DNA of 64,000 bases, from assembly GCA_965248265.1 (NCBI GenBank), contig CBDFJF010000001.1, positions 2,528,001-2,592,000 of the forward strand. The letters are read 5' to 3'. This document shows positions 31,028-41,537 of this stretch, piece by piece; position 1 is the first letter of the stretch; every line of letters begins with the position of its first letter. This stretch comes from Candidatus Latescibacterota bacterium. Lineage in GTDB: Bacteria > Latescibacterota > UBA2968 > UBA8231. The notes beneath the pieces are model-generated. The model was not told the DNA's origin. It made no database searches and worked only from the letters and a program-made list of their open reading frames with translations. Position numbers and translations under genes: made by a program.

Positions 31028-32320
31028 ATGACTATACCCGCAGATTCGGCCCTGGGTACCCTCACGACCGGCCAGATCCTGACCGTTCAGGATCAGTTCG
31101 GGACCCCCGCCTTCGTCTACGATCAGCTCACGCTGGAGCGACGAGCGCATGATGTTCTGGGTTTCCCCAACCCATTCGGGCTAACCGTTCGCTACGCCAT
31201 GAAGGCGTGTCCAAATGCCGCTGTCATCCGCGTCCTCACCAACGCCGGACTGCAGATCGATGCCAGCAGTGCTTTTGAAGCCCGCCGGGCCATTGCCGCT
31301 GGGGTCGATCCTTCACACATCCTGCTGACGGCGCAGGAGCTGGCACCCGACTTTTCGACCCTCGTTAGTCAGGGCGTACGCTTCAACGCCTGTTCACTGG
31401 GACAGTTGCGCGCCTTCGGCGAGGCATTCCCCGGGCGTGAAGTGGGCGTCCGCTTCAACCCGGGCCTTGGTTCGGGACACAGCCGCCGCACCAATGTCGG
31501 CGGACCGTCGGCAAGTTTCGGGATCTGGCATGACCATCTTGAGCGTGTGATCGATCTGCAGCGGAAGTATGATATCCAGATCACCTTGCTACACAGTCAC
31601 ATTGGTTCTGGTAGCGATCCGGCCGTGTGGCAACGCTGTGCCGGCCTCACCCTGGCAATCGTCGAGCGCTTCCCATCGGTGACGACGGTCAATCTAGGCG
31701 GCGGTTACAAAGTCGCCCGGGTTGCTGGAGAAGAGGCGACGGACCTGACCCTTGCGGGAGCGCCTGTCGCCGCTGCCCTCGAGGAATTCGATCGACGGTG
31801 CGGTCGTCAGCTGAGGCTCGAGATCGAACCGGGGACATTTCTGGTTGCCAACGCGGGCACCATCGTATCCACGGTCACGGACGTCGTCGACACGGGAAAA
31901 GAGGGGTTCTCCTTCATCAAGGTCGATGCAGGCATGACGGAGATCCTGCGACCCAGCATGTATGGCGCCCAGCACCCGATCGCGGTGGTTCCACGCATCG
32001 AAGGTGATGGCCGCGCCAACGAGTACCTCGTTGTCGGTCATTGCTGCGAGAGTGGTGATGTGTTGACACCAGAGCCGGGAAACCCGGAAAGGTTGCTGCC
32101 ACGAATGCTGACGGTGCCCAACATTGGCGATGCCCTCGTCATCGGCAGCAGCGGAGCCTACTGCTCGGCGATGGCGGCAAAGAACTACAACTCCTTCCCC
32201 GAAGCCCCCGAGATTCTGCTCGACCGGGACGGCATTTTCCACCAGATCCGCAAACGCCAAAGCCTGGAACAGGTGTTGCAGAACGAAGCCCTACCCGAAT
32301 ACCTGACGACGACCGAATGA
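31028..32320 (+). CDS. lysA: Diaminopimelate decarboxylase
   Basis: YAMKA PLP lysine, HSHIGSG, NLGGG, EPG, CESGD and GAY. Confidence 0.9.
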   Translation: MTIPADSALGTLTTGQILTVQDQFGTPAFVYDQLTLERRAHDVLGFPNPFGLTVRYAMKACPNAAVIRVLTNAGLQIDASSAFEARRAIAAGVDPSHILLTAQELAPDFSTLVSQGVRFNACSLGQLRAFGEAFPGREVGVRFNPGLGSGHSRRTNVGGPSASFGIWHDHLERVIDLQRKYDIQITLLHSHIGSGSDPAVWQRCAGLTLAIVERFPSVTTVNLGGGYKVARVAGEEATDLTLAGAPVAAALEEFDRRCGRQLRLEIEPGTFLVANAGTIVSTVTDVVDTGKEGFSFIKVDAGMTEILRPSMYGAQHPIAVVPRIEGDGRANEYLVVGHCCESGDVLTPEPGNPERLLPRMLTVPNIGDALVIGSSGAYCSAMAAKNYNSFPEAPEILLDRDGIFHQIRKRQSLEQVLQNEALPEYLTTTE

Positions 32321-32392
32321 GTGCGCACGGGTACTCATTCAGTAGGATCGCACCTGCCAGGTGATATGAGGTGCCGGCCGGAGGCCGGCGTC

Positions 32393-33322
32393 TTATTGAT
32401 AAACGGAGGTCAGCCACCCGTGCGGATCTTCGACTTCGCCGTTGACAATTTCGAAGAAGAGCTCCTGGATTTTCGTCGTGATCGGCCCTCGACGGCCATT
32501 GCCGATCTGGACGTGATCGATGGTTGTGATCGGGGAGATCTCTGCCGCGGTACCACTGAAAAAGACTTCGTCAGCGATGTAGAGAAACTCCCGCGGGATA
32601 CCACGCTGTTCAACGCGCATGCCCAGATCCCGTGACAGCGTGATTGCGGTGTGACGTGTGATACCCGGCAGGATCCCGTAGTGGGAGGCCGGGGTATAGA
32701 TCTGCTCGTTCTTGATCACGAAGATGTTCTCGCCACTGCCCTCGCTGACGAGTCCGTCGACGCCCAGCACGATGCCCTCATCGAAACCGTTCTGGTTGGC
32801 CTCGATACGCACTAGTTGGGAATTGAGATAGTTACCCCCCGCCTTGGCCAGGAACGGCATCGTGTTCGGTGCCATGCGATTCCATGAGGAAGTTCCGACC
32901 GACACCCCATTCTCCAGGGCCTCAGCTCCCAGATACTCCCCCCATTCCCAGACAGCGATGACGCTGTCGACGGGACATGTCATTGGATCGACGCCAAGAG
33001 ATCCGTAGCCGCGATAAACTATGGGCCTGATGTAGCAGGCCTTGAGATCGTTGGCGCGAATCGTCGCCAGCACCGCCTCCATGAACTCCTCTGGGGAGTA
33101 CGGGATCTCCATGCGATAGATCTTGGCCGAGTCGTAGAGGCGATTGATGTGGTCCTCAAGCCGGAACACAGCAGGTCCTCGCTTGGTATCGTAGCAGCGG
33201 ATTCCCTCGAACACGCTCGACCCGTAGTGGATGACGTGAGACAACACATGGATCTTGGCCTGGTCCCAGGGAACGTTCTCGCCGTTGCACCAGATCAAAT
33301 TGGATTTTGGCATTTCAGGCAT
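32393..33322 (-). CDS. ilvE: Branched-chain amino acid aminotransferase
   Basis: HYG..VFEG.R.Y, AKAGGNY, EGSGENIF, ILPGITR and GTAAEI. Confidence 0.96.
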   Translation of the reverse strand: MPEMPKSNLIWCNGENVPWDQAKIHVLSHVIHYGSSVFEGIRCYDTKRGPAVFRLEDHINRLYDSAKIYRMEIPYSPEEFMEAVLATIRANDLKACYIRPIVYRGYGSLGVDPMTCPVDSVIAVWEWGEYLGAEALENGVSVGTSSWNRMAPNTMPFLAKAGGNYLNSQLVRIEANQNGFDEGIVLGVDGLVSEGSGENIFVIKNEQIYTPASHYGILPGITRHTAITLSRDLGMRVEQRGIPREFLYIADEVFFSGTAAEISPITTIDHVQIGNGRRGPITTKIQELFFEIVNGEVEDPHGWLTSVYQ

Positions 33323-33350
33323 ACCGATTAGCTCCTCAAACCTCGTTCCC

Positions 33351-35300
33351 TCAGACCTGCCGGCTGATGTTGACGCTGAAACTGTCGAAGTCTCCGCTGC
33401 GCTGCCGCGACCGGCTTGCGCGCGCGGACACGTTGGTTGATCCGCTAGGACGATAGTCGACGTTCGTCGATATGTTGCGATGCGGACTGCGCCGCTCCAA
33501 GTCCCGCTCGACTCCCTGATCCGTATAGTTGAGCGACCACTTGCGATCCAGCCGGTAACTGTAGGTCATGCCGATGGTCAGCGATGTGGTCGGCCGGTAC
33601 GACATCCCCGTCCCCAGCGAGAAATCCGCGTTGTCCTCCTCGACGATCTGTGCGTTCTTCCCTACCAACAACACGCCAAAATCGTCGGCGCTGTAGCGAA
33701 AGTTGGCGTTTACCTTGATTTGTTCCAGCACTGTCCGTCGTACGGAATGACGCATCGACCAACCACGCCTAATATTGCTACGACGGTCGCTGATGTTGAG
33801 CTGACGATCAAAGTCGAAGATAGTCCTCCGAGCGGATATATCAAAAGCGTGGCTGATGTCGGTTTCGAAACGTTCGTAACTGGTGTTGATGGCCAAGCGC
33901 AGATTGCTGCTGCGCGAATTGTCCCCCGACCGGCTCGCGTTGAGATCGACTTTGTGCGTATTGCTCGAGCTCAAGTTGGCCGTGAGAGACAAACCGTTCT
34001 CGAAACGCCCCCTGTACTGCAAACTCGCGTTGCGGGCGATGTTGTCGCGATCCTGCTCCGGGGCTGCCGGGCTGTCATCCCTGTTGCTGCGCGCGGAGCC
34101 TCTCATGGTCAGCGAGTGGTCCTCGATGAACTGCCACGCCAACGAGCCGCTGACTGCCAGGCCGCGATCCTCGCGGTCATCTTTCGAGTCGCGGAAGATA
34201 CTTCCGTCCTCCAACTCCACGGGAAGTCTGCTCTCATCCGAAAAATCATAGGACGTCGACGTAGAGACGACGAGTCCGGCCGGCAGCTTGCCGCTGGCGG
34301 ACAGATCGAAACCCCAATGGTTCGATCTTCTGTCCCTGGCGAAGAACCTATTTCGCGGATCCTTGTCCGCATTGGCCGTGTTCTGATTCCTTGTCTCTCG
34401 CCAGGATTGCGAGCCCCTTATGTCGAATCCGGCCACGTCGAACGAGACGTTGCTGTTGACGCTACGGCCGAAGGACTTGGACAGTTCGGCGGCTACGGTC
34501 GTGTCGCGCTCGACTTCGCCATCGACGGCCTCCTCCGTGATCACGGCCCGGGTCAGACCGTTCTGGCTGCGCGTCTCACCAAAACTCACGCTGGTTTGCA
34601 CCTGACCCATCAGTTTGTAGTTCGTAGTCAGGTTGAGCGACTCCCCTCGGCTCTTGCTGGTCTTCAAGGTGTTGTCGCTCTTGCGCATGCTCAGTGAACC
34701 GCCAAGGCGCTCGCCCATAAAATCGACCTTCGGCGAAACCGACAACGACGCGTTATAGCGTATCCCCTTCTCGACGATCGTACTGTCGAGGTTGACACGG
34801 CTGGCTCGTGACGCCGTTATCACCCCTGGAGTAATGCTCGCTCGCAGGCTGCTGAATAGGCTCTTCGTGCGAGCGAACGGACGGTATGAAAACCTAAGCC
34901 CGAAGGTCTGATTGCGGATCTTTTGTCGGACCAGGGTCGAACTGCGTGCCGACATCGAGGCATTGAAACCGATGGATCCCTTTGGCCCCAGAATCGGGTA
35001 GTCGACGCTGGCACTCAGGGATGCCCTGTCTTGCCAGGTATTGCGACCGTTTCGACGATTCAGTGACGATCCCAGGCCGGCCGAGGTCCTGACACGCAGC
35101 ATGGACGTGGTGTCGTCCGTTGCGGCCAGCGTCACCGGGATGGCGAAGCTCCATCCGGGAAATGAAGGCGTCCACGACATGCGATTGCTGGCGCTCGAGA
35201 ACGCCAGCGAGTACCTCTCCGCCTGCGACTCGCCGGCCAGGACCATCAACGCCAGCAGAGCGCCGACGATGACTCCGTCTGCTCCACGCCGCAGCGTCAC
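33351..35300 (-). CDS. Hypothetical large outer-membrane beta-barrel protein
   Basis: Signal peptide ending SQA; many alternating amphipathic strands; C-terminal FSVNISRQV. GTG at 35300 overlaps the rsmA stop (GTGA). Confidence 0.65.
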   Translation of the reverse strand: MTLRRGADGVIVGALLALMVLAGESQAERYSLAFSSASNRMSWTPSFPGWSFAIPVTLAATDDTTSMLRVRTSAGLGSSLNRRNGRNTWQDRASLSASVDYPILGPKGSIGFNASMSARSSTLVRQKIRNQTFGLRFSYRPFARTKSLFSSLRASITPGVITASRASRVNLDSTIVEKGIRYNASLSVSPKVDFMGERLGGSLSMRKSDNTLKTSKSRGESLNLTTNYKLMGQVQTSVSFGETRSQNGLTRAVITEEAVDGEVERDTTVAAELSKSFGRSVNSNVSFDVAGFDIRGSQSWRETRNQNTANADKDPRNRFFARDRRSNHWGFDLSASGKLPAGLVVSTSTSYDFSDESRLPVELEDGSIFRDSKDDREDRGLAVSGSLAWQFIEDHSLTMRGSARSNRDDSPAAPEQDRDNIARNASLQYRGRFENGLSLTANLSSSNTHKVDLNASRSGDNSRSSNLRLAINTSYERFETDISHAFDISARRTIFDFDRQLNISDRRSNIRRGWSMRHSVRRTVLEQIKVNANFRYSADDFGVLLVGKNAQIVEEDNADFSLGTGMSYRPTTSLTIGMTYSYRLDRKWSLNYTDQGVERDLERRSPHRNISTNVDYRPSGSTNVSARASRSRQRSGDFDSFSVNISRQV

Positions 35301-36196
35301 GTCGTTTCCTCCGTCGCGGCCGGGACCGACGCAAACAGGTTGTTGCTGAGCGTGGCGAACTCCTGTATCGACAGCGTCTCCGCCCTTCGGGTCAGATCGA
35401 TTCCAGCACTCTGTGCAGCTTTGTGCATCCACTCACTGGCCACCGCCTCGGGTGACACAGCCTCCTGATGCCCGCCCATGCTGGTGAACAATGCCTTCAG
35501 GGAGTTGCGCAGCATCTTGCGTCGCTGAGAGAACGCGGCCCTGACGAGCCGCTCGAAGCACCTGGGGTCGTGGATGCAGACCACGGGAGCCCGCGCGATG
35601 TCGATTTCGATCACAGCGGAATCCACCCGAGGGGTCGGTCGGAAACGGCTGCGGTCGACGTCCATACGCAGCTCGATCTGCGCCCGCGTTCCGAGCAACA
35701 CGGAGAGCAGACCGTAGTCTCGCGACCCCGGTTTCGATACCAGCCGTCGCGCCACTTCCTTCTGCACGGTCAGCACGGCTTTGGAGACGATGTCGAAATG
35801 CTCGAACAGCCGAAATAACAGGGGTGCTGTTATGTTGTACGGAATGTTTCCGACGACGACGAAATGCCGCTTTTCTTCCTCCTGCAAGAGAGCGCGCAGA
35901 TCGAGCTGCAGTGCATCGCCCGCCAGCAGGCGAAGTCGGGGGTCAGCGCTGTAACGCCGGGTCAACTCCGCCAACAGGTCACGATCGATCTCCACGGCGA
36001 CGAGCCGTTCCAACCTCTGGAGCAGGTGGTGCGTGAGCGCCCCAGCGCCCGGACCAACTTCCAACACGACCTCGCTGGGTGTGGGATTAACCAGTTCGGC
36101 GATGCCGCCGAGGACTAGATCGTCGGTCAAAAAGTGCTGACCGAATCGTTTCCGTGGCCTGTTAGACCGGGACCCAGACGCACCGGTTGAGTTCAT
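35297..36196 (-). CDS. rsmA: 16S rRNA m6,2A dimethyltransferase RsmA/KsgA
   Basis: KRFGQHFL, EVGPGAG, GNIPYNIT, F.P.PRVDSAV and RRKMLRN; ATG at 36196 overlaps the holB stop. Confidence 0.96.
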   Translation of the reverse strand: MNSTGASGSRSNRPRKRFGQHFLTDDLVLGGIAELVNPTPSEVVLEVGPGAGALTHHLLQRLERLVAVEIDRDLLAELTRRYSADPRLRLLAGDALQLDLRALLQEEEKRHFVVVGNIPYNITAPLLFRLFEHFDIVSKAVLTVQKEVARRLVSKPGSRDYGLLSVLLGTRAQIELRMDVDRSRFRPTPRVDSAVIEIDIARAPVVCIHDPRCFERLVRAAFSQRRKMLRNSLKALFTSMGGHQEAVSPEAVASEWMHKAAQSAGIDLTRRAETLSIQEFATLSNNLFASVPAATEETT

Positions 36197-37293
36197 ACGG
36201 CCGCGCTCGTTCGACTCTGCAACAATTGCCACCACACCCGTGCCAGAAGCAGTTGCGGACTGACGTTCCGCACCAGGCAATCCTGTGCATGTTCCAACTC
36301 GATGGCGACACTTTCTATGCGTTCGGGTTGTACTCGCTCCAGACATCGCTTCAAACGGGGGGCTTGATCGACGTTGACGATATGCTCCTGTCGGCCGTGA
36401 TGCAGCAGGAACAGGTCCCTCAACAAGACCGCGACGAGGTGAAGGAACTTCTCGAAGCGCCCCCTGTCGCCAGGGCTCGTAACCTCCTGTTGCACCACCC
36501 AGTACTCCTCCTCCTTCCCTTCACCGAGACCTGCCTCAACCAGACCCAGAGCCAGCTCCCTCGTCGCTGTAAACTCTTCGTCCAGGGTGCCCATGGCTCG
36601 TCCACGACTGCCGGCAGCGGAACGAGCGGCGAGCTCCAGACGGTCGTCATCCAGACCGGAGGACGCCAGCAGTGTTTTCAACTCCTGCGTGGACAGCGGC
36701 GCCAACGGCAACCCCTGGCAGCGGGAAACGATGGTCGGCAACAGACGATCCGGGTGCGAGGATACCAGTATGAATACTGCGTGCTGTTGTGGTTCCTCCA
36801 AAGTTTTCAGGAGAGAGTTGGCTCCCACGCGATGCATGCTCTCCGCTTCGAAGATCAATCCGATTCTCTTGGGAGCCTCCGTCGGTGCGTATCCCATTTC
36901 GCGCTGCAGCAACCGGATGTGGTCTCGAGGAATGTTGAACCCGCTGCGTGTCAGGGTGGTGTCCTGCTGCAGGTAGTCGAGGGCGGCATCGTGCAGAGCA
37001 GAGAGCGCTTGCGCCTCACTGCGCTTGCCACCACCCGTGGGCAGCGGCACCAGCACGTGCACGTTGGGATGATTCAGCGAGTCGGTTTTACGACAGGAAG
37101 CACAAAGACCGCAGGCCTCTGGTCCTGCGCTTTGGCAGTTGATCGCTTTGGCGAGATCGAGGGCGAGCTGTCTCTTGCCGACCCCTTCGGACCCGGTCAC
37201 CAGAATGGCGTGCGGCAGGCGATCGCCTTCTAGCCAAACCTGGATCTGTTCCTTGGCGCGTGACTGGCCGGTGAGCTGGGGAAGTGGAGGCAA
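36193..37293 (-). CDS. holB: DNA polymerase III subunit delta'
   Basis: HAILVTG..GVGK, CG.C.SC, HPNV, ANSLLKTLEEP and LLPTIVSRC; start uncertain (TTG 37293). Confidence 0.9.
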   Translation of the reverse strand: MPPLPQLTGQSRAKEQIQVWLEGDRLPHAILVTGSEGVGKRQLALDLAKAINCQSAGPEACGLCASCRKTDSLNHPNVHVLVPLPTGGGKRSEAQALSALHDAALDYLQQDTTLTRSGFNIPRDHIRLLQREMGYAPTEAPKRIGLIFEAESMHRVGANSLLKTLEEPQQHAVFILVSSHPDRLLPTIVSRCQGLPLAPLSTQELKTLLASSGLDDDRLELAARSAAGSRGRAMGTLDEEFTATRELALGLVEAGLGEGKEEEYWVVQQEVTSPGDRGRFEKFLHLVAVLLRDLFLLHHGRQEHIVNVDQAPRLKRCLERVQPERIESVAIELEHAQDCLVRNVSPQLLLARVWWQLLQSRTSAAV

Positions 37294-37315
37294 AGCAGAT
37301 TCGGCTCGGAGACGC

Positions 37316-38446
37316 TCAGGTCGCCGTCGAAGCCGCCAGCAGGTTGGTGTGGCCCTCACCGTGATCGAAGAAATGGGCCTTGTCTATTTCGACAGCCAGG
37401 GTCACGGTGTCGTTGACGGACGGCATGTTCGATGGATCGACCCGCGCCACCAGAGCCGATTTCCCCGCCCGCAGGTTGAGAAACACCTCACTCCCCATCG
37501 GCTCGACGACTTCAACGGTTGCCGTCAGTGGAGCTGTGGTCTTGTCCGCCCGTGCTGCAGACTCCACATCATGTATGTCTTCGGGCCGAATGCCAAACAC
37601 CACGGAGGTACCGTCATAGTCTCGAAGTCGTTCACTCTGGGTGCGGCCCAGGGGCAGCCTCAAACCCTCCTGCTCGAAAACGAGATTTCCGCCACCTTCA
37701 CTCGCGATTCGACCTTCGACGAAATTCATGCCCGGACTACCGATAAAGCCGGCCACGAATCGGTTTGTCGGATAGCCATATAGACTGAGCGGCGTGTCGA
37801 CCTGTTGCACCAATCCTTCGTTCATCACCGCGATACGGTCCCCCATCGTCATCGCCTCAACCTGATCGTGCGTGACGTAGACGATGGTCGCTCCGAGCCG
37901 CATGTGCAGTTTGCTGATTTCCGCCCTCGTTTGCACTCGCAGTTTGGCATCCAGATTGGACAACGGCTCGTCAAAGAGAAACACCTTGGGCTTGCGCACG
38001 ATGGCTCGCCCCACGGCCACCCGTTGCCGTTGACCACCCGACAGCGCCCGCGGGCGACGGTCGAGCAGATCCTCGATGTCCAGAATCGCTGCTGCTTCAC
38101 GCACCCGGTCATCGATCTCGCTCTTGGGGTACTTCCGTAGCTTCAGACCGAAAGCCATGTTGCCGTACACGTTCATGTGGGGGTACAGGGCGTAATTCTG
38201 GAAGACCATGGCGATGTCGCGATCCTTCGGCGGTAAATCGTTGACCATGATACCGTCGATGTAGATCTCCCCCGAGGTGGTCTCCTCGAGACCTGCGATC
38301 ATGCGTAGCGTCGTTGACTTGCCGCATCCGGATGGACCGACCAGGACGACAAACTCTCCTTCGCCGATCTCAATGCTGACATCGTCAACGGCGACGACAC
38401 TCTTGTCGAACACCTTGCGGACCGACTTTAGGACCACTTCAGCCAA
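37316..38446 (-). CDS. CUT1 sugar ABC transporter ATP-binding protein (MalK/UgpC/MsmX-type)
   Basis: GPSGCGKST, VFQNYALYPHM, LSGGQRQR, DEPLSNLD and C-terminal TOBE domain. Confidence 0.95.
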   Translation of the reverse strand: MAEVVLKSVRKVFDKSVVAVDDVSIEIGEGEFVVLVGPSGCGKSTTLRMIAGLEETTSGEIYIDGIMVNDLPPKDRDIAMVFQNYALYPHMNVYGNMAFGLKLRKYPKSEIDDRVREAAAILDIEDLLDRRPRALSGGQRQRVAVGRAIVRKPKVFLFDEPLSNLDAKLRVQTRAEISKLHMRLGATIVYVTHDQVEAMTMGDRIAVMNEGLVQQVDTPLSLYGYPTNRFVAGFIGSPGMNFVEGRIASEGGGNLVFEQEGLRLPLGRTQSERLRDYDGTSVVFGIRPEDIHDVESAARADKTTAPLTATVEVVEPMGSEVFLNLRAGKSALVARVDPSNMPSVNDTVTLAVEIDKAHFFDHGEGHTNLLAASTAT

Positions 38447-38933
38447 TGAGCGTAATTCCTTGCTTGGATGTAGCGGATCCGGGTTGGATGCTCAGCTTCT
38501 CCAACGAGCGATGCATGAGCACGGCTTCTTCAACCGGATCGGTGTAGAATTCCGGATGCCTCCCGGAGACCTCGAATTGAAATCTCTGGTATAGCTGTTG
38601 GGCTCCGATATTGGATGCGCGAACCTCGAGACGACAGATCTTGCAATGGCGGCTGCGTGCACGCGCCAGGATCTCGCCGAGCAGGAAACTGCCCCAGCCC
38701 TGACGGCGATACTCCGGGACGACGGCCAGACTCGCCAGGTGCACTTCTTCTCGCTCTGTATCGACGTATCCGAGAGCGTACCCGGTGAGATCGTCACCGC
38801 GCCACAATCCGACATTCAACGCCCGCTCGTCATGCGCCAACAGCTGAAAATCCTCTATTCGCCACGGTTGTGAGAAGGAGCGCTGCTCGATCTCCATAAT
38901 CCGGGGCCAGTACGAGCTGTCGGCCCACGGCAC
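38439..38933 (-). CDS. rimI: Ribosomal-protein N-acetyltransferase RimI
   Basis: IE..SF..PW, LAV.PEYRRQG.G, LEVRASN..A..LY and FY..P.E.A..M. Start uncertain (GTG 38933/38948 or ATG 39011). Confidence 0.88.
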   Translation of the reverse strand: MPWADSSYWPRIMEIEQRSFSQPWRIEDFQLLAHDERALNVGLWRGDDLTGYALGYVDTEREEVHLASLAVVPEYRRQGWGSFLLGEILARARSRHCKICRLEVRASNIGAQQLYQRFQFEVSGRHPEFYTDPVEEAVLMHRSLEKLSIQPGSATSKQGITLIG

Positions 38934-38934
38934 C

Positions 38935-39672
38935 TCAGCGGCGTGCACGATGTGCGTTGCCTCTCGAGGCCGTGGACGCTTTTCTGGCGCGCTGCTCCAC
39001 GGCCGTTTCATAGGTGGGCGTGCGCAGGTACTCGGGCTCAGCCGAGTCGAGTTCCTCTGTGTCTCCAGCCATCAACTTTGCGTGGCCAAGATAACCGACA
39101 TAGCACGCCTGTGGCTTCCCAACGGGCTCTGGTGCGCACCTGTAATAAGGAAAATCCTGCACCAGATCGACGAACGCAACGGCCCCTTCTCCACACAGAA
39201 TGACCGGTGCGCTTGGCAGTCTATCCAACACCTCCGGGACAGAATCGATTCGTGGAGTCGACTGCAACCGCGGGTGACCGTCAGTGGTATCGTAAAGAGC
39301 CCAGCAGGCCTCCCCCGAACGCGCGCCCACGATCGCACATACGGCGTCAGTACAGTACGGTAAGCCAGCGGCGATGGCATCCAGTGTCGACACCGTGACG
39401 AGGGCTGCCCCACTCGCCAGGCACAGACCCTTGGCAGCACTCAGACCGATCCGCAGTCCGGTGTAGGACCCGGGCCCGACCGAAACCGCGACTCCATCCA
39501 GCGCCGCCGCCTGCTGTGCGCTCCGTTCCAACAATTCGTCGATTTCGACGAACAGCCTGCGGGAATGCTCCAGATTGGTGTCGAAATACCGGGCCCCAAC
39601 GATGTGCCCCTCATATAGCAGAGCCACGCTGCCGCTTCGGGTGGCCGTGTCAATCGCCAACGTCAACATCAC
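38935..39672 (-). CDS. tsaB: t6A biosynthesis protein TsaB
   Basis: LAIDTAT, HS..L, GPGSYTGLRIG and EPEYLR. Confidence 0.95.
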   Translation of the reverse strand: MMLTLAIDTATRSGSVALLYEGHIVGARYFDTNLEHSRRLFVEIDELLERSAQQAAALDGVAVSVGPGSYTGLRIGLSAAKGLCLASGAALVTVSTLDAIAAGLPYCTDAVCAIVGARSGEACWALYDTTDGHPRLQSTPRIDSVPEVLDRLPSAPVILCGEGAVAFVDLVQDFPYYRCAPEPVGKPQACYVGYLGHAKLMAGDTEELDSAEPEYLRTPTYETAVEQRARKASTASRGNAHRARR

Positions 39673-39820
39673 AATGCCCTGTCGCCGAAGTAGACTTGTG
39701 AAATGAGGGCGCCGAATCGCCCGACGTGCAGGACCTGCACGAGAGAAGACCGCGCGAGCAGGCGCGACCTCACGACTGACGTTAGCTGTGCTCGTGGCAT
39801 GGCGCTTGATCGGCGTCCGC

Positions 39821-40864
39821 TCATTGCAATGGCAACGGCATCTGATCGTCGTCGGTGCCGTCGCTCTGACGCGGTGTTCTTCCGAGATGCTCGTAGGCCC
39901 GCCTCAGTGCCAGACGTCCTTTCGGTGTGCGCTGAACGAATCCCTCCTTGATCAGGTATGGTTCATACACCTCGACCAGGGTCTCTTCTTCCTCGCCTAC
40001 CGCGGCTGACAGGTTGTTGATACCCACCGGTCCGCCATCGAATTTATCTATGATCGCAGTCAGCAAGCGCACGTCGATTTCGTCCAGACCGAGCTGATCG
40101 ACCTTCAGTATCCCCAGAGCCCGATCGGCGATTTCAGCATCGACCACGCCGTTGCCCTCAACCTGGGCGTAGTCGCGCACTCGCCGCAGCCACCGCTTTG
40201 CCAGGCGCGCAGTACCGCGGGAACGACGGGCGATCTCTTGCGCCCCTTCCGTCTCGATCTTGAAGTCGAGCAACCTGGCGTCGCGCAGCACGATCAGCGT
40301 CAGATCCTCGGCGTCGTAGTAGTCCAATCCCCCTTGAATACCGAAGCGGGCTCGCATGGGTGCAGTCAGCAACCCCTGTCTGGTGGTAGCTCCCACCAGA
40401 GTGTAGGGCTCCAGATGCAGGGCGACGGATCTAGCGCGAGGTCCCTGGTCGATCATGATGTCGATGCGATAATCTTCCATCGCCGAATAGAGGTACTCCT
40501 CGACGACTCGATTTACCCGGTGGATCTCATCGATGAAGAGGACGTCCCGGGGTCCCAGATTGGTGAGGATTCCAGCAAGATCCGTCGGCCGTTCGAGCAG
40601 TGGACCGGAGGTGACGTGGATCTCGACGCCGAGCTCATTGGCGACTACGTGAGCGAGAGTCGTTTTCCCCAGTCCTGGCGGACCGTGCAGGAGTACATGG
40701 TCGAGGGCCTCGTCCCGCTGTTTGGTCGCCTCGATGGCGATACGCAGCTGCTCCTTGACCTTGGCCTGGCCGAGCATTTCGCCCAGCGTTTTGGGCCGCA
40801 ACGTGTGATCCGCACCTTCGTCACCATTCTCGTCACCCGGATCAGTGATTCGTGTGTCCATCAA
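39821..40864 (-). CDS. ruvB: Holliday junction branch-migration helicase RuvB
   Basis: [24 protein letters not shown] and YEPYL.....QRTPKGR. Confidence 0.98.
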   Translation of the reverse strand: MMDTRITDPGDENGDEGADHTLRPKTLGEMLGQAKVKEQLRIAIEATKQRDEALDHVLLHGPPGLGKTTLAHVVANELGVEIHVTSGPLLERPTDLAGILTNLGPRDVLFIDEIHRVNRVVEEYLYSAMEDYRIDIMIDQGPRARSVALHLEPYTLVGATTRQGLLTAPMRARFGIQGGLDYYDAEDLTLIVLRDARLLDFKIETEGAQEIARRSRGTARLAKRWLRRVRDYAQVEGNGVVDAEIADRALGILKVDQLGLDEIDVRLLTAIIDKFDGGPVGINNLSAAVGEEEETLVEVYEPYLIKEGFVQRTPKGRLALRRAYEHLGRTPRQSDGTDDDQMPLPLQ

Positions 40865-40919
40865 TGTGCTCTTACGTGGCGCGGTGAATGATCTTGTAGT
40901 GACGGGATGAGCGGTTTTC

Positions 40920-41525
40920 TCAACGTTCGCGTAGCGCTCGCTTGATCAGCCCTTGAAGTGTCAAGGTTTCATCGGATTTCTTCTCAGCCGCCTTCTCCAC
41001 TGCCTTCCTTGCAACACCTATTTGCATACCAAGGGCAACCAGCGCCAGGGCCGCTTCCTCATGGATCCCGTCGTGGGGTCCCGCCTCTCCGGTAGTCCCG
41101 GAGGACGTTGGTGGCATACCTGTGGATGGAATCCGATCGCGCAACTCGACGACCACACGCTCCGCGGTTTTGCGGCCAATGCCGCGCACACCAGTGAGAG
41201 TTTGTGCGGCTCCGCCCAAAATGGCCTGCTTCAGTTCATGCACCGACATGCCCGACAGGATCGTCTGGGCCAGGTTCGGGCCAATCCCCGAAACACCGAT
41301 CAAGAGCTGGAACATTTCTCTTTCTGCGCTGTCGACGAACCCGAACAGCTCAAGCCGGTCTTCGCGAACATAGGTGTGAGTGTATAGATGGATCTGAACC
41401 TCACACTCGGGCAGTTGCTCATAGGTCGCCAGCGACACGGCCAAGCCGTACCCGACTCCATTGACATCAACCACGGCATGGGTCGGAGATTTGTGTACGA
41501 GCGTTCCCTTTAGATGTTTGATCAA
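40920..41525 (-). CDS. ruvA: Holliday junction DNA-binding protein RuvA
   Basis: [29 protein letters not shown] and ALVALG. Confidence 0.96.
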   Translation of the reverse strand: MIKHLKGTLVHKSPTHAVVDVNGVGYGLAVSLATYEQLPECEVQIHLYTHTYVREDRLELFGFVDSAEREMFQLLIGVSGIGPNLAQTILSGMSVHELKQAILGGAAQTLTGVRGIGRKTAERVVVELRDRIPSTGMPPTSSGTTGEAGPHDGIHEEAALALVALGMQIGVARKAVEKAAEKKSDETLTLQGLIKRALRER

Positions 41526-41537
41526 GCGGTGTGCTAC

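Noticed and set aside
30923-31150. N-terminal extension of the carbamoyltransferase overlapping lysA
   Set aside because: Family homology starts at MATYILGIS (30922); the extension is an ORF-caller artefact.
39795-39810. sigma54-like TGGCATGGCGCTTGAT on the plus strand
   Set aside because: It points antisense into ruvB and has GA instead of GC at -12; probably chance.
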